Of a stretch of 64,000 bases of DNA, positions 12,072 to 26,404 are shown piece after piece. The stretch comes from Camelus ferus (taxonomy: Eukaryota), in assembly GCF_009834535.1 (NCBI RefSeq), contig NC_045697.1, positions 76,200,001-76,264,000 on the forward strand. The letters are read 5' to 3'. The translations under genes were made by a program, and so were the position numbers. The notes under the pieces were generated by a model. The model worked only from the letters and a program-made list of their open reading frames with translations, did no database searches and was not told the DNA's origin. How positions within the stretch are numbered: position 1 is the first letter of the stretch; the number at the start of each line of letters is the position of its first letter.

Positions 12072-13984
12072 CGTTCTGTGTTTTGTGTGTTGTATCAGGG
12101 ATCCAGGCTTGGTCAACACTTTCATGCTTTGGAACATGTAATCAAAGCATGGAGTCTTGTTTAAGCTAGGTCATGATTATCCTTCACAAACGGAATATGA
12201 AACAGAATCCTGATTCATGCATTAGTTTATTGTTTTCTTCTGCTGGTGTCTGATTGTTAGGTATAATATATATGCATGCCAAGTGATGAGAGATGAAACA
12301 GCTTGATGTAATATTGTTGTGTTTCCAAGAGCGAAGCCTCCAGGGTATTGGTAAACACACCGCTAAACAGAGCCTCACAATACACTTCTGTGTTTTATAG
12401 TTTCGTCAAAATCAAAGGAAATGTATTTACTTTGGAACAGATAATTGTGGGAAATTTCTATAGTGTCCCTGTGGCTTGTTTTTCATGGTAACCAGCATTC
12501 CCTTTGGTGTGTGAATAACGTTGTATAAGTAAGCAGCGTTGGACAAAGGACAAGATGTATTCCAGTCTTAATTGTGGTGTGGAGTTTTACCCTAGGTTTC
12601 TCACTTCTCTTGTCAGGAAATGGCTGTGGAAAGGTGCGTTACTATTCCACAGTTAACAGATTTAAGGTTCTTAGTTGAATTAGACTCTTGGTGAAATATA
12701 AGAAAAAAGCAATTTCTCAACCCTGAATTCTTAGATCATTAAAACTGAAAGACAACCCTGGCTGTCTGTATTTTGCTACTTTGTGATTTTTGTAATAGAG
12801 AGGGTAACTTCCCTGCATCTTGGCTGTTTGGCTCTGGCATTTTCTACGTACTTGCAAACAGCATTCAGTTCTTTTCTACTTAACTGTGTGATGGTGAATA
12901 TTCTTTTTAATGTAGTCTTAAGTCCTTCTACTTAAGAGTACACCCATAAAAGGAACACTCTAAGAAAGAAAATCTAGGAGCCAAGGATTTTTATCACTCT
13001 CCAAACCGTACTTTCCTCCCATTTTTCTTCTAAAATAATTAAACCTTAAATTAACACTTTTTTGTTTCAAATGACAGAAACACTAGATACTCTCAGATAT
13101 TACCCTGCATAGCATGAAGTGTAAAACAAAAGGCAGAAATAGAAATAACCTTAATTGTCTAAACCTGGGGAGATCAGACAGAGGCCACACCCTCAGTTTT
13201 CTGAAGGCTCAGTTGATTCTTATACTATGATTGAATGTCATTATACTAATTATAAGGCATTTATATTGTGAAATTGGCAAGTATGGAGTTAACTGATTAA
13301 ACTAATACAGATATGTCAAAACAGAAGTAATGCAATTCTTTACAAGGCAAGAATGCATTAGATTGTCAATAGAATACCAGTGAAAGGGAATCACAGTAAA
13401 GGCGTGGATAGAACCAGTAACATGAAAAAACCTTCTAAGACTGACAAAAACATACTGTTAATATTGAATTTTATTCCTCCATAGTTAGAAGGGTGTGTAT
13501 CATGGTGCTTGATTGCGAGGACTAGAGATTATAGACATATCTTCATTCTAGATGCTTTCCCCAAATTTTTATTCCTGTTTTCAGATAATGGAAGAAACAG
13601 TTAAATTGATTCACTGCTATTCCTAGGAACTACTTTTACAAATAAAGATCACTGTATCAACCATATGACCCAGTATGATTCATTTCATCAAAATGGAAAA
13701 GTTATTTATTATAAATCAAGATGGTTCTATGAAGCACCATACATTGTCATCATGCTGTAAAAATTAGAGTATTTTAGGGAAGAGGAAAAAAGCCCACATG
13801 GTTTGTAATTTACATCCTGAAGTTTCTTCCTCTTTCAGAAAACAATTAAGAACATTTTTTTCCTTTTAAATCAACAATACACAACCGTGAGAAATGGGTG
13901 GTGTTTAATTCTTGTGAGAATTTCACTGAGAAGGCCTAAGTCTATTCTATTTTAACCTTGGTTTCAAGTGATTCCTCTAGGATC

Positions 13985-16440
13985 CTGTATTTTACTTGGT
14001 GATCTGTGTTAAAGCACTGTTATTAGAGCCACATGGCTGGAAGCCAGATTGCACAGACATAGGATATGAGTGGGTGGTCAGGAAGTGGGAATCAGTGAGC
14101 GTGTTTCTTTTAAGAAGTTGGCAGTGAAGAGAAGGAAAGAGAATGAACGGGAGCTGGAGGGGTAGTACGACAAGGGGATGCTCTTTGGGGTCAGGAAGAG
14201 AGATTTTAGCTTCTTGTAGGTATAGGCTGAGGGGGAAAGACCAGTGGAGAGGAGGAAAGGGAAGAATCAAGTGAGCTGACAATTGACGTGGGCACTCGAG
14301 GAGGATGAAGTGGGTAAGATCAAGGTCACAAGTATAGCGGTTAACTCTGGAGAGCAGGAAACCCTTCTCTGTGCTGGGAAAGGAGGAGGAGAAAATGCAC
14401 GGGCATTTCAAGATGTTTTGAGGAAGAATGGGGGAAGTTGAAAGAGCTAGCCCATGGCCTCAGCTGAGGCAAAGTGGCAGGAGAATTTGAAGAAAGGGAA
14501 TGATGTGAGATGGGTTTTGTAGAGAACGTGATTGGGTTTCAACGAATAAAAGTACTGTAGAGTAAGAAAAGGTGCCAGGTGAGATTGTATATATAAATTA
14601 CAGTGATACCATTCCATTTAAAAATTATTTTTAATGTCTCCAGTTTGTACCTTGGGAGGAGAAAATGTAAATAGGGAGTTTGAAGACTTAGGTTAGGGAT
14701 TCTTTTTTTTCTCTTTTTTTTGGTCCTTTTTGTTGTTGTTGTTGAAGTATAGTCAGTTTACAATGTTGTGTCAGTTTCTGGTGTACAGCACAATGCTTTA
14801 GTCATACATATACATACATTTATTCCTTTTCATATTCTTTTTCATTATAGGTTACTACAAGGTATTGAATATGGTTCCCTGTGCTGTACAGTATAAACTT
14901 TATTGTTTAGCTATCTTATATATGTTAGTGTCTACAAATCTCAAACTCCCAATTTATCTCTTCCCACCCCCTTTCCCCTTGGTAACCATAAATTTGTTTT
15001 CTATGTCTGTGAGTCTGTTTCTGTCTTGTAAATAAGTTCATTTGTGTCTTTTTTTTTTTTTTTAGATTCCACATATAAGTGATACCATATGGTATTTTTC
15101 TTTCTTTTTCTGGCTTATTTCCCTTAGAATGATGATCTCTGGATCCATCCATGTTGCTGCAAGTAGCATTTTATTCTTTTTTATGACTGGGTAGTATTCC
15201 ATTGTATAAATATACCACAATTTCTTTATCCAGTTACCTGTCAATGGACATTTAGGTTGTTTCCATGTCTTGGCTATTGTAAATAGTGCTGCTATGAACA
15301 TTGAGGTGCATGTATTTTTTTGAATGAGTTCCCTCTGGATATATGCCCGGGAGTGGGATTGCTGGATCAGATGGTAAGTCTATTTTTAGTTTTTGGAGAA
15401 ATCTCCATACTGTTTTCCACCATGGCTACACCAAACTACATTCCCACCAACAGTGCAAGAGGGTTCCATTTTCTCCAAACTCTCTCCAGCATTTATCATT
15501 TATGAACTTTTTAGTGATGGCCATTTTGACTAGTGTGAGGTGATACTGCATTGTAGTTTTTTTTTATTTGCATTTCTCTGATAATTAGTGATATTGAGCA
15601 TTTTTTCATGTACCTATTGGCTGTTTGTATGTCTTCATTGGAGAATTGCAACGTTTAGGTCTTCTGTCCATTTTGGGATTGGGTTGTTTGTTTTTTTGTT
15701 GTATGAGCTGTTTATTCTGGAAATTAAGCCCTTGTCAATCGCATCATTTGTAAATATTTTCTCCCATTCCATAGGTTGTCTCCTTGTTTTGTTTATGGTT
15801 TCCTTTGCTGTGCAAAAGCTTGTAAGTTTAATTAGGTCCCACTTGTTTATTTTTGCTTTTATTTCTATTGCCTGTGTAGGCTGCCCTAGGAGAACATTAC
15901 TAAGATTTATGTCAGATAATGTTTTGCCAATGTTTTCTTGTAGGAGGTTTATAGTGTCTTGTCTTATGTTTAAGTCTTTAAGCCATTTTGAGTTTATTTT
16001 TGTGTATGGTGAGGGAGTGCTCTAAGTTCATTGATTTACGTTTGGCTGTCTAGTTTTCCCATAGGTTAGGGATTCTTAAAGTAAGTAAGACTTGAGAACA
16101 TGGGCTGATAGAATTCATGGTATGGATAGAGGTTGTAGAAAGGTCTAAAAAGGACCAATGAGTTGTGAGAACAGGTAATGTCTTAGGAATTGAAGGAAAA
16201 TGAGGGCAGAGAGCAGGTTTAGCAGAGATTAGAGGTGATCATCAAAGAAGGGAATTTAAGAGTTTAAGATCTTGCAGGTGAGCAATTCTAAATTATGAAT
16301 AACCAGATCTAAAGTGAGGGTCTGTCTCTGGGCAGGGCAAGTAGGAGACTGGAGGGGATTGAGGACATGTAAGATACAGGGCTTGGAAGGGTTGACACCA
16401 TCGACATTGAGTTGCCTACAGAGTTTGGGCTTTCACTGCA
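13985..16440 (-). mobile_element. L2 ORF2 relic split by a younger L1 insertion
   Basis: Antisense L2 text ('ttggtgatctgtgttaaagcactgtt..ggaagccagattgca..gaagttggcagtgaag') runs to 14688 and resumes after 16077. Confidence 0.7.
14705..16061 (-). mobile_element. Younger 5'-truncated L1 (ORF2 C-terminus + 3' UTR) with perfect 16-bp TSD
   Basis: TSD taggttagggattctt at 14689-14704 and 16062-16077; T-rich tail at the left; minus ORF 15062-15301 'MFIAALFTIAKTWKQPKCP' is the L1 ORF2 C-terminus; nick site reads TT|AAGA on the minus strand. Confidence 0.95.
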
Positions 16441-17104
16441 CCAGTACTGATCTCTGTGATGGCACTGTTCTCTCATTATTACATGTCTGCCTCCGTATTA
16501 GACTGCTAATCCATACAGCCTGAATAAGGTCTTATTTACCTTTATATTCCTAGTACCTGATGCAGGGTTTCATACACTGGTTAATGGACCATAATTGTTA
16601 AGTACAGGAGTAAGAACAAAATTTGAACCAGGTATAATTTATGAAAAAACTAGGAGGTATAGGTGCATCAAAAAGGAAAAAGGTGACACACATGATGGCT
16701 TTGATTTCAGAGGTAAGCCGAGGTTGGGAGATGACTGAAGAACTAGGTTTGTGGTTAGAGTCTGCTCATCTCAAAGGTGATGGCTTGTAGAATGAGTGGT
16801 CACTATTAGAAAGGCTTGTAAGGGAAATGAGATCTTCAGGGACAAGCCAATATTGAAGAGAAAGGACAAAAGGGTGTGTGTTTATATTAAGACAGAGGTT
16901 CCGCAGGACACAGTGGAAGAGCCTAGTTGGGGTGCAGGGATTTATGATGTGGGGACTAAGCCAAACTGGAATGAGGATGGGCAAAGTGAGGACAGAGGGC
17001 AATAATTTCCATTTAGGGCAATATTCCAGTAATAGGAAGGAGAAGGGAAATTGGGAGGCAGGCTGAATATGCAATGGTGATACTGACAGAGTTTGCTGAA
17101 GTAA

Positions 17105-17310
17105 TAATAGCTAATACTTCCTGAGGCCTTATGATGGGGTAGGTACTGTGCTACGGTAATGTTCCATGGTTCCATGAATTAACTCATTAAGCAATGTGAG
17201 ATAAAGATATCATTTCTGTTTTCCAGAAGGCGAGGTCACCTCCTCAAGGTCGCACTGCTGGCTGGGAGCAGACCTAGGAGTCACACCTCCAGAGCCTGTT
17301 CTCTACTCGT
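17105..17310 (-). mobile_element. MIR SINE
   Basis: 'taatagctaatacttcctgagg..aggtactgtgcta..ctcaaggtcgcactgct..ggagcagacctaggagtc'. Confidence 0.7.
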
Positions 17311-17859
17311 TCCAGATCCAGCCTCCTAAATAAACCCCCAATTTCCAACAAGTAGTGTTGCTTTTTCACAGACACTTCCCACATGCCACCCAGGGGTGAA
17401 AGTTCTAAGAACTCAGGAGATGTCAGGCCCTGTGTTCTTTTAGGGTAGTCCTCAGGAGAAGGACATCCATTTTTGTTTGGCCCGGGGTGGGTGATCTTCA
17501 AAGCTCCACGGCCTCGAACAGACCGCAAAGCTGGAGACAGTTGCAGAGTGTGTAGATTACTGATTTGGGTTTTTTTTTCTTTCTTAAGAAAAGCCTAGGT
17601 AATTATGGAAAATATTTAACTCTGACAGAAGAAAAGAATGCCTTGTTTAATAAGAGACTGAAAAAGACAAAGGCATTGATTAACTTCCATGAAGAGATTG
17701 TTGTGTGGGGTGTGTGTACATGCGTGCGTGCTGAAGGATGGGAGAATTAACAGTTGTGTGTGGAGGCACATTGTCCTGATAGCATGCAAGGCAGCTCTGA
17801 ATGTTTCCCTATGGTCACACAACTGTAGGAAGCACAGACCATATGTGCTTAAATTGTAA

Positions 17860-18021
17860 ATGCAGCCACCTGCGTGACCCAAGGTGGAACAAACAGAAGA
17901 CCTGCCCAGCTGAGCCAGAGCCAAAATGCTGACACAACGAATTGTGAGCAAATAAAATGGTGGTTGTTTTAAACAACTAAGTTTGGGGGTGGTTTTGTAT
18001 ACAATAAAGATAACCAATACA
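17860..18021 (+). mobile_element. MLT1 (MaLR) LTR 3' portion
   Basis: 'gaagacctgcccagctgagcc..aattgtgagcaaataaaatggtggttgttttaaacaactaagtttggggg..gataaccaataca' is a typical MLT1 end. Confidence 0.85.
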
Positions 18022-18250
18022 GTATATGATTTTATTTATATGAAGTTCAAAAACAGGCTAGTGTATGGTGATAGAGGTCAAAGTAGCAGTTATCTTTGGT
18101 GAGGACTGACTGGAAGGGGATATAAGGAGGACTTCTGGAAATATTTTATTTATTGAGCTGGTTGATGGTCACACAATTCATCAAATTGTATACTTGAGCA
18201 CTTGAGATTGGTGCACCTTATTATATGCAAGTTATACCTTAGTTAAAACA
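18022..18250 (+). mobile_element. Old L1M 3' UTR fragment
   Basis: 'tgattttattttatatgaagttcaaaaacaggc..tatggtgatagaggtca..ttcatcaaattgtatactt'. Confidence 0.75.
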
Positions 18251-18899
18251 CACACAGAGTGCATATGATCCAGAATCTTTGCGAGATACAGGCACCACAC
18301 TACGTGGGTGAGATCCAAGCTGGCATGCAGGGACTGGTAGAGTCAGCAAAACACTAGACTGACAGTCAGACTGTTGAAGATGGAGGCCATTCACTTAAAA
18401 TATACTTACTACTTACCTACTTTGGATCAAGCACTGTGCTTGAATAAAACGCAATACAACCTTGCAAAATTATATGTGCTAAGCCAGACCAATGTAGAGA
18501 CAAAGGCCAGAACGAAATGCTATTATTTTACCATGACAAATGGGCAACTGAGGACATAAAATGTAATTAAAAACTGGATTATAAATCCCGTCATGGTCTT
18601 TGAAAGATAAGCTGAATAAGTACTACTTATTAAGGTTCAGATCCATCGATAGACCTACAGAACTGTGTGTCTTTCCTTTTGTATAACATAGACTGTATTT
18701 ATGAGACTTGAAGGTACCATTAAATTTAGGAACTGCCAAAATAGAGGATGCTACCCTACTCTTGGTTAGATCGTATTTAATACTTTTGTCAGTGAGCTTG
18801 ACATTACAGCATACCAAAGCAGAGAGGAGCTAAACAACTTAATTCATCCTTTATTTACTATAAATACAACATTAAGTTTCTAGAAAATATGTCACTACA

Positions 18900-19120
18900 A
18901 TCAGCTTCTACCAGAGGTAGAATTGTTCTCAAATGAGCTGAATGAATGCTGAGAATGAAGCCAATATGGAGATAGCAGGACCACAAGGTAGACAGATGGG
19001 GTTCTGATGACATTGCTTGATCCAGCTGTACCTGAAGCATAAACACTTATCCTTTATTATTTATTTATTGTTGTAGCAGTCTGAGTCTGATTTTTTGTCA
19101 CTTTGGAGGACCTAACCAAT
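18900..19120 (+). mobile_element. MLT1 (K/L-like) LTR fragment
   Basis: 'ctgagaatgaagccaa..ctgatgacattgcttgatccagctgtacctgaagc..ttttgtcactt'. Confidence 0.65.
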
Positions 19121-21119
19121 AGAATCAGCTGGGCTGCCCCTTCCACCTCCTGCCCCTCCTTGGCTACTAGCTAAACCCTTACTACCTCCTCTTAACAAAA
19201 CTATCTGTGGTTATCTTCTTTCTTTCAGACAACTTTATACAGAATATAGGTGTGGGAGATGAAAGTAGAGGCCAAATGACTAAAAAAATGGCAACAGTGT
19301 CAGGATCTAGAGCTTTTCTTGTTTGAAAACATGAATTCCTACTGCCATCTTGGCAGTCACCCAGATGCTTGGGGCCAGCAGTGCCACAGTTGCTTACGTG
19401 TAGATATAGCCTTACTACACACACATATCAAAGATAAAGTGTGGGTAAGGTGAACAGTGAAAACCTTCTCTATTAACCTTTTAACCATTTAGTTAATTAA
19501 CCTATTAACATTGTGAATTGTAACTATCTGTATTTTCTTTAATAATTAGAATGATCCCTATCAAGAGGTGTGCTTTAGTTTATTACATGTTGCTTGCATA
19601 ATTATTACTTTATAGTAGACCATTATATATCTGATCTGCATATAGTTTAACTTAAGGAAAATTTATGTTGTTTACTAGGAGTGACAAGAGACAAATAAAG
19701 ACATGGCCCCTGTCCTTAAGGAATTGATAATTTAGTCTGAGAGACAGACATATAAACTGTTTGTGGAAATCAGTCTGGACATGGTGTCAGTGTCATCTAG
19801 CAGTAATAGATACAGTCTGTTGTTTGAAAATATATGTAAATAAAAGAGAGTTCAAAACTAGACAGGCCTGGAGAAGCTCACATACTGTATCACAACTTTT
19901 CTTGCCTGTCTCCCAGACTGGAAGGTGAGCCCCCAACATCTTACTCAGCTTGTATTCCAGACCATTGCACAGTGCCTGGATTAAGAAGTGTTTTGCTGAA
20001 TTGCATTAATTAGTAGCTGCATCCCTGGTTCATTTAACTCTATAAATATGTACCACATCCATCTCTCTTGACCGCTGGCTGCCTTTCCATAGCTCAGAGG
20101 AAACAAGTAGATTCCTATATCCTGTCTTTTGCTTTTAACATATACTGGGCATCCGGCCAAGCAATGGCCAGGTGGACAGGCAGACAGGAGCCTAGAAAGT
20201 TTATCCCAAAGGTCAAGGAAAGGTGGATGGCCTTCGGTTTAGCTAGGCATGAGAAACAAGGTGGGCCCTAATTTGACAAGTCAAGGGCCTGGGCAGGCAG
20301 CCAGGGCAGCTCTAGGAACAGAGTTGGAGGAGAGGATGGTGGGGAGGCAGGTGAATTGGTGATTAATTCTCATACAAGGCTTTAGCTCCGTCAAAAGCTT
20401 ACTCCTTTTAGAGTAAGATCCAATCTTAGGCTATGGGAAATGCAGAGGGCTATGAGTGAAATTTTTTGACTGTACAGTGAATTTCCAAGGTGGTTCCCTA
20501 GCGGGACCTCACTCTATATTTTTCATACTGACAGCCGGATCTCATTCATGTGAACAAAGGATTATCCTTCACAATACTTCTATAAACAGGATTTTAATTA
20601 ATGAATTCACAAGTAGCTATTTCCTGTTTGTGTGCATTAAACAAAGTTTACTCATAAATTTTATTTTAAGCCTAAATCCAGTTACACAGCTGGGTGCAAA
20701 ATATATACGCATGTGTTTTTACAGGAACACCCTCCCACCCCCACCCCCCACACACGTGCACAGAGCTAGAGGGAAAATACCTCCAGATCTTTGAGTTACA
20801 ATATGAAAATGTGGAGCAATACACAGAAACACTTTGAATCTTAACTTATGGAAATAAAAATAGGTTTCCTATCAGGAACACTTAATCCACTTGGTTCACA
20901 TGTGTGTTGTGGCTCTGGGTCAGACTGAGAAATTTGTAGGAAGTGTTTGACATTAACCCTTGGAATTTATAGTTCAAATCTCTGAACCTGATATTAAATC
21001 CCCTGAATCTGACTTTCACATTGTGCTGTGGTGGATTGGGTTTACCTTTCTGCCTTAAACAACTCAAAAAAGGGGGGGAGGGCAGAAATAAGTGAAGCGA
21101 TTGTGTTTAGTTATTTTAA

Positions 21120-22830
21120 AGTAAATGGTACAGGACAATGATCTCTGAGAGAAGGGAAACAAATGAAGTGAACCCTGTCAATGGCCCGGAGCATTGCCTG
21201 GTGAATGTTTCCAGCCTGTAGTGCAATCCTTCTGAGTTGAGAAGAAACACTTTGTAGCTTGAGGAAGCCAAGGTCACTAGAATTTGCAGGGCAGAGTACC
21301 AGTGAGTAGAGAGCTAGACAGAGAATGAGAGAGAGAGAGAAAGAATATGCTCTGGAGAAATGCAGAGGGTACCCTCAAATCTTTAGTTGAGCACTAATCA
21401 GTTCATGTATGTGAGGAAGATTCTGAGGCCAGAGAAAGAAACAGTGGGGAGAAGTAGGTAGAACGATCCCCGGAGCTCACACAGAGCAATGAATAGTTCA
21501 TCTTCCCATCATTCAAAGTAGAAGGACCTCTTAACACGTAAGATATTCAGTAGAGTACTCAGAAAGATATTTCCTCAGTTGTGGGGTCAAGCTGTAAACT
21601 AAATGTTATTGTAGACCTGCCTAACAAACATTAAAAGCAAGCCTTGAAAGGATCAACCCATTTCTAAGTAGCTTAACTTCCCCAGAACAATGTTCAAGGA
21701 TATTTAAAAGAATACAAAAACAAAGATCCATCACTCCACAATCAAAATTCACAATGTCTGGCATCTAATAAAAAATGAGTGGGCATGCAAACAAATGGGC
21801 AGAATATATAATATAATGAGGAGAAGAGTCAATCAGTAGACACAGACCCAGAAATGACATGGATCATAAGATTAATAGATAAGGACGTTAAAAAAGCTAT
21901 TAGAGATATGCTCCACGTGTTCAAGAAGATAGAGGGGAGAATGAGCATGACAAAGAGAGATGTGGAAAGATAAAAGGGGCCCAGATCAAACTTCTAGAGA
22001 TGAAAAACCAATGCTTCAGATAAAAAATACACCAGATGGGATTAATATGTTAAATGCTACAGAAGAAAAGATTAGTGAATTTGAAGGCACAGCAATATAA
22101 ACTATCCAAAATGAAACACAGAAAGAAAAAAGATTACAAAAAAAAGAAGAAGAAGAAGAAGAAAGAGGTAAAAAATATCAAAGCAGAGCATCAGTGAGCC
22201 TTGGGACAAAATTAAGTTAATCTATACCTATTAAAGATATTGAATTAGTAGTTAAAAAGCTTCCCACAAAGAAAACCCCAGGCCCAGGCAGCTTTGTGAA
22301 TTCTACCAAACATTTAAGGAAAAAATAACACCAAATGTACACAAACAATTTGGCAATTTCTTAAAAAGTTAAACATATACCTGCCATACGCCCTGGTCAT
22401 TTTACTTCTAGGTATTTAACCAAAAGAAGAGAAAAGCATATTTCTGTACGAATACTTGTACACAAATGTTCATAGCAGCTTTACTTATAACACCGGGAAT
22501 AACCCATGGACTCATCAATAGGTAAATAGTTAAACAAATGGTATATCCAGATAATAGAATACTGCTACAAAAGAACAGAGTACTGACATACAGAACGACA
22601 TGAATGATCTTAAAATCGTTATGCTTTAAGCTAGACAAAAAGGAATACGCATTGCCTGATTCCTTTCTAGATAAAATTCCAGAAAGTACAAACAAATCTG
22701 CAGTGAGAGAAGGCAGATCAGTGGTTGTCTGGGGGTGGGGATGCAGGGAGGGATGGATGACAAAGGGCCACAAGGAGATGTCTGTTCCTTGATTGTAGTG
22801 AAGGTTTTGTGGGTATATACATATGTCCAA
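21120..22830 (+). mobile_element. Old L1M relic (5' UTR/ORF1, short ORF2 piece, 3' UTR)
   Basis: 'aaaattcacaatgtctggcatc', 'cagacccagaaatgaca', 'gaagaaaagattagtgaatttgaag' (ORF1); 'cccacaaagaaaaccccaggcccag' (ORF2); 'cacaaatgttcatagcagctttac' (3' end). Confidence 0.8.
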
Positions 22831-24369
22831 GCTGGCTCCATCTTTGATGTGCCTGCACACAAATGGGCAAATTTTGCCACTGACCTGCTCAACTGATGGG
22901 CTTTCCCATTTACCAGGGTAGGTTTGGACCCAGATTGAATTCTGTGAAGTGTTCTGCTTGGTTTGTTGTGATTCTTGGGACATTGGCAACTAGCAACGGC
23001 TCTGAGTTGGCCATCAGCCATGAAGAGGCTGTGACTGTCTTGGATTTGTGCCTTGGGCTTCTTCTAGAGAAGCTCTGTAAGACTGGCCTCCCGAAATCTG
23101 AATCCAGCTGTCATTACTGCAGATTTCTTTGGGAAAAATGAAATGGGCAGCAGCCCTTGAATTTTGGATAACTCTCTTTTTTTGGAACAAAAGTTTTCAC
23201 TCAGTTAAAAATTAACTGCATAGAGATAGACAGAAACATTTTGCTATGCAACTTTCTAAAGTGAGTGTAAAATTTTGGAAATGTTTAAACATAGATGGAC
23301 ATTAATGACCTCAAATTATCCTTAGAAGAAGTCAGCCTTAATCATAAGTGATCAGGAACAGCTAGAAAAGAGGTGACTGGTGAGTTAATTCCATTTAACT
23401 AATTCTTGTACTTCAGAGTGAAATAGACTTTATAGTAGGAGAACAAAGCAAAGACATCTAAGCAGTTGGATATAGACACATCAAAGACTGAAATTTTTGG
23501 AAATGTAGTGTCACTGGGACAAAAATTGAGTCTGTGAACCTTCCAGTGGCTTGCCCATTAGAGCACTCAGCTGAGAATCGTTCAGCATGGTCCTCCTCAA
23601 AGGGTCAGCCCTCCTCAGAGAGAAGACTTTCCCTTCCCTCCTAAGCCTGGGTGCTTAGGTTTTGCTCTTCCACCTCTAAACCCAGTAAGTTTCTGTGATG
23701 CTGATGGATCCAAGGGGACATGCATGACACCAGGACCTTATCCTGTTGCTTTCCCAGAAAACTGTTAAGGACCACCATTAGGATCTTTTGTACCAAGCAG
23801 TTTTTCTGGCCTGCAACATCCTTCTATCAAAATCAGTATCTCTCCACAGAGGATTCTCCTCATTTTCCTCTCCGTGGGATGGACTTCCTGCCATTGCTGA
23901 GCTCCCAGCAAGAAACCTAAGGCTCTTTTGTCTCTCTTCCAAAGAAAATTTGAATTATCTATCATTATCTAAGTGATTATGTATTTTTTCAAATGGAAAT
24001 TTTGTTGAATTATAATTCCTAGGTTAGTGTTTGGAAAATAAAGTTGATTAAAATATTTTTTAAATAGAAAAAATACTTGAAAGTGTGAAATATAATCACC
24101 CGAGTCTCTAATGTAAATTTCTGGGGTTTGTTTTGGAAAAAAGAGTAACTTGGGGGGAAGAAAACCCAGGAAAATAACATCTGAGACAGTGCTTGGATTT
24201 AAGAAATGTAGATGATTACTCTTATTTTAACCACCTTTAAAACTAGTGTGTTAATTGGCCCTGCTCCTGGGGATGAAAAACTCTAAAATATTTGTAAATA
24301 TGAAATCAGACTTTTTAAAAAAAATTTCACACTTTCAGTTAAAGTCAAAATGAGCTTTTAATGGGCAAA

Positions 24370-25460
24370 TCCTCTTCCATCTTTCTTTCTGCAGTCTGTG
24401 ATGGAGGGACCACTTCCTTCTTAAAACTTCTTCACTTCTCAAGTGAAAATTCCCATCATTCTGAAAGGTTGAATCACTTCTGACTCTTCTTTCCCCACAT
24501 AACCCTATATGCTATTCTGCGGTCTTTCCTTGGGAGATCTCATGATTTCTAACTCTCTAGCTGCAGCTCTAACCTTCATCTTAACTAAACATCTTCATTT
24601 TCAATTGCCTTTCAATATCTCTTACACTATGTCACCAGCACTTCAAACCCCAAAAGTACAAAATGTGCCTTCATTTCCAACTGTGTTCCTCTACTTGAAT
24701 TTCCTAGTATTATTATCAACTTCCCAGTCATTCTGTCGGGAAGTACTGGTGCCTCCCTTTATTTCCCACATCCAGTTTTTTATCAAGAAATATTTTTAGT
24801 TTATATGCAAAGGTCTCTAAAATATCTTTCTTCATTCTCATGCCCACTGGCACTTGCATAATCCAGATTGTAATATTCCCTTACGGGATAAAGGACAGTA
24901 CTCCCTACTTTTTGTGCTTGCCAACACACTTTCTTCTATTCAAGAAATCCTTTGCACTCAAGCTTGCATTTTCTTTTTAACTTTTAGCTTGGTTTTTGTA
25001 GCTCATTTATTTAGAAACTTTAATGACTCATTATTGTCTACAAAGTAAAGTCCAACTACTTTCCTAGTGTTTAAAGCCCTCCCCAATCTGACAAACCCTT
25101 CATTCATAGTTCATTCCCCAACTCCAACCTTTCATGGATGCCTGATGCATTTTCACTACTCAGTGCCTTTCCAGATATCGTCCCCTTTTCTTGTGTGGCC
25201 TCTTCCATAGCACCTGTTAAAACCCAAGCCATTTTCGAAATTGTGTGGAAATGCCCATTTTTGATGGTTAATTTAATCACCTTTTGCTTGCCATTGAGAT
25301 AACCATTTGCTCGCTCATCTGTTCTAGCACTTATGCTGTACTTGGTGGAAGATATGTTTGGCTCTACAGCTGGCTCTGTATTCTTGGAAAGCAGAGACTG
25401 TCTTACACACCTTTGTAACTCTGGCAGTGCTTAGCATACTGCCTTGCATAGAAAAGCAAG
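24370..25460 (+). mobile_element. L2 LINE relic
   Basis: Pyrimidine-rich L2 ORF2/3' text: 'ttccttgggagatctcat..gcacttcaaacccc..aaagtccaact..ttggaaagcagagactgtctt..cagtgcttagcatactgccttgcatag'. Confidence 0.7.
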
Positions 25461-26404
25461 TTCACTGTGCCACCCGTAGAAAGCACAGGTCACAAAGCAG
25501 AGGACGTCCCTGCTGTTTATCCTCTTGTCGTAAGGTGCTTGGACCCTTGGGTAAGTCTGTCTCAGATACATAGATAGGGAATTTGTGGATGCTTAGCGCA
25601 CCAGGTTTTCTTTTAAGTGTGCGAATTCTGTCAATAAACATAGCAATATTGTTAGTATGTAGATGAAAATGATAGTTGACAGCTCATTCATAGAGCCCAA
25701 GGAGCACTTAAAGTCCACCGTCTCCACTGACTCTCATGAGGAAGCAATGAGGCAGAGCACCCTCGTTTTCTAGATGGAGAGACTGGCGCTAACACACTGG
25801 GTCGCCCACATGGCAGGTACCAGAGGTGGGAACCACAGCCAGTGTAGGGCTCCTCTTTCCACACCTTTACGTTCCCTTTTGATTCCATAATACAGTATTT
25901 AGGATGATAAATTGTTTTGAAATCGTTTTCTTAAAATTCTCCTTTGAAGAGGAGAGTTTTGAGAGGCATTCCATGAATTCTAGAAGAATGGTAGTTTTCT
26001 AGGTTTTTCATTTTGTGAATCTATGTACTTTTGGCCACCCTAACACCATATTTCTAGATCCCTGTCTTGGGTGGTGATGTGTATTGTTTAACCAGTACAC
26101 AAAGTCCCGTGTGGAGAAAGGACTTTTTGAACCGCAGGCTTCCAAGATTTGAGTTACTTACTGTCTTAACTTCTTGAGATCATCAGAGTTAACAGAAAAA
26201 CCTTTTCTTCATAGATTCTGTTAAAGCTCAGCGCTTAGCTTTCTGAATTACTGAAGTCCTTAATTAAAATGTTTGGAACTGTTAGCAACATTTAAAATTT
26301 TGCATATTGTCAGCTGAAGAAACCTATGTACTTTTCACTGGGATTTTAAAATATGACAAGGAGAACATGCTTTGAAAATAGCATAGAGAAAACTTGTAGA
26401 ATAG

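Noticed and set aside
12175..20574. 15-mer gattatccttcacaa shared by 12175-12189 and 20560-20574
   Set aside because: One or a few such matches are expected by chance among all position pairs in 64 kb, and the flanks do not align.
22408..22989. Longest ORF in the track (193 aa)
   Set aside because: Mostly antisense to an L1M 3' UTR; no recognisable protein family.
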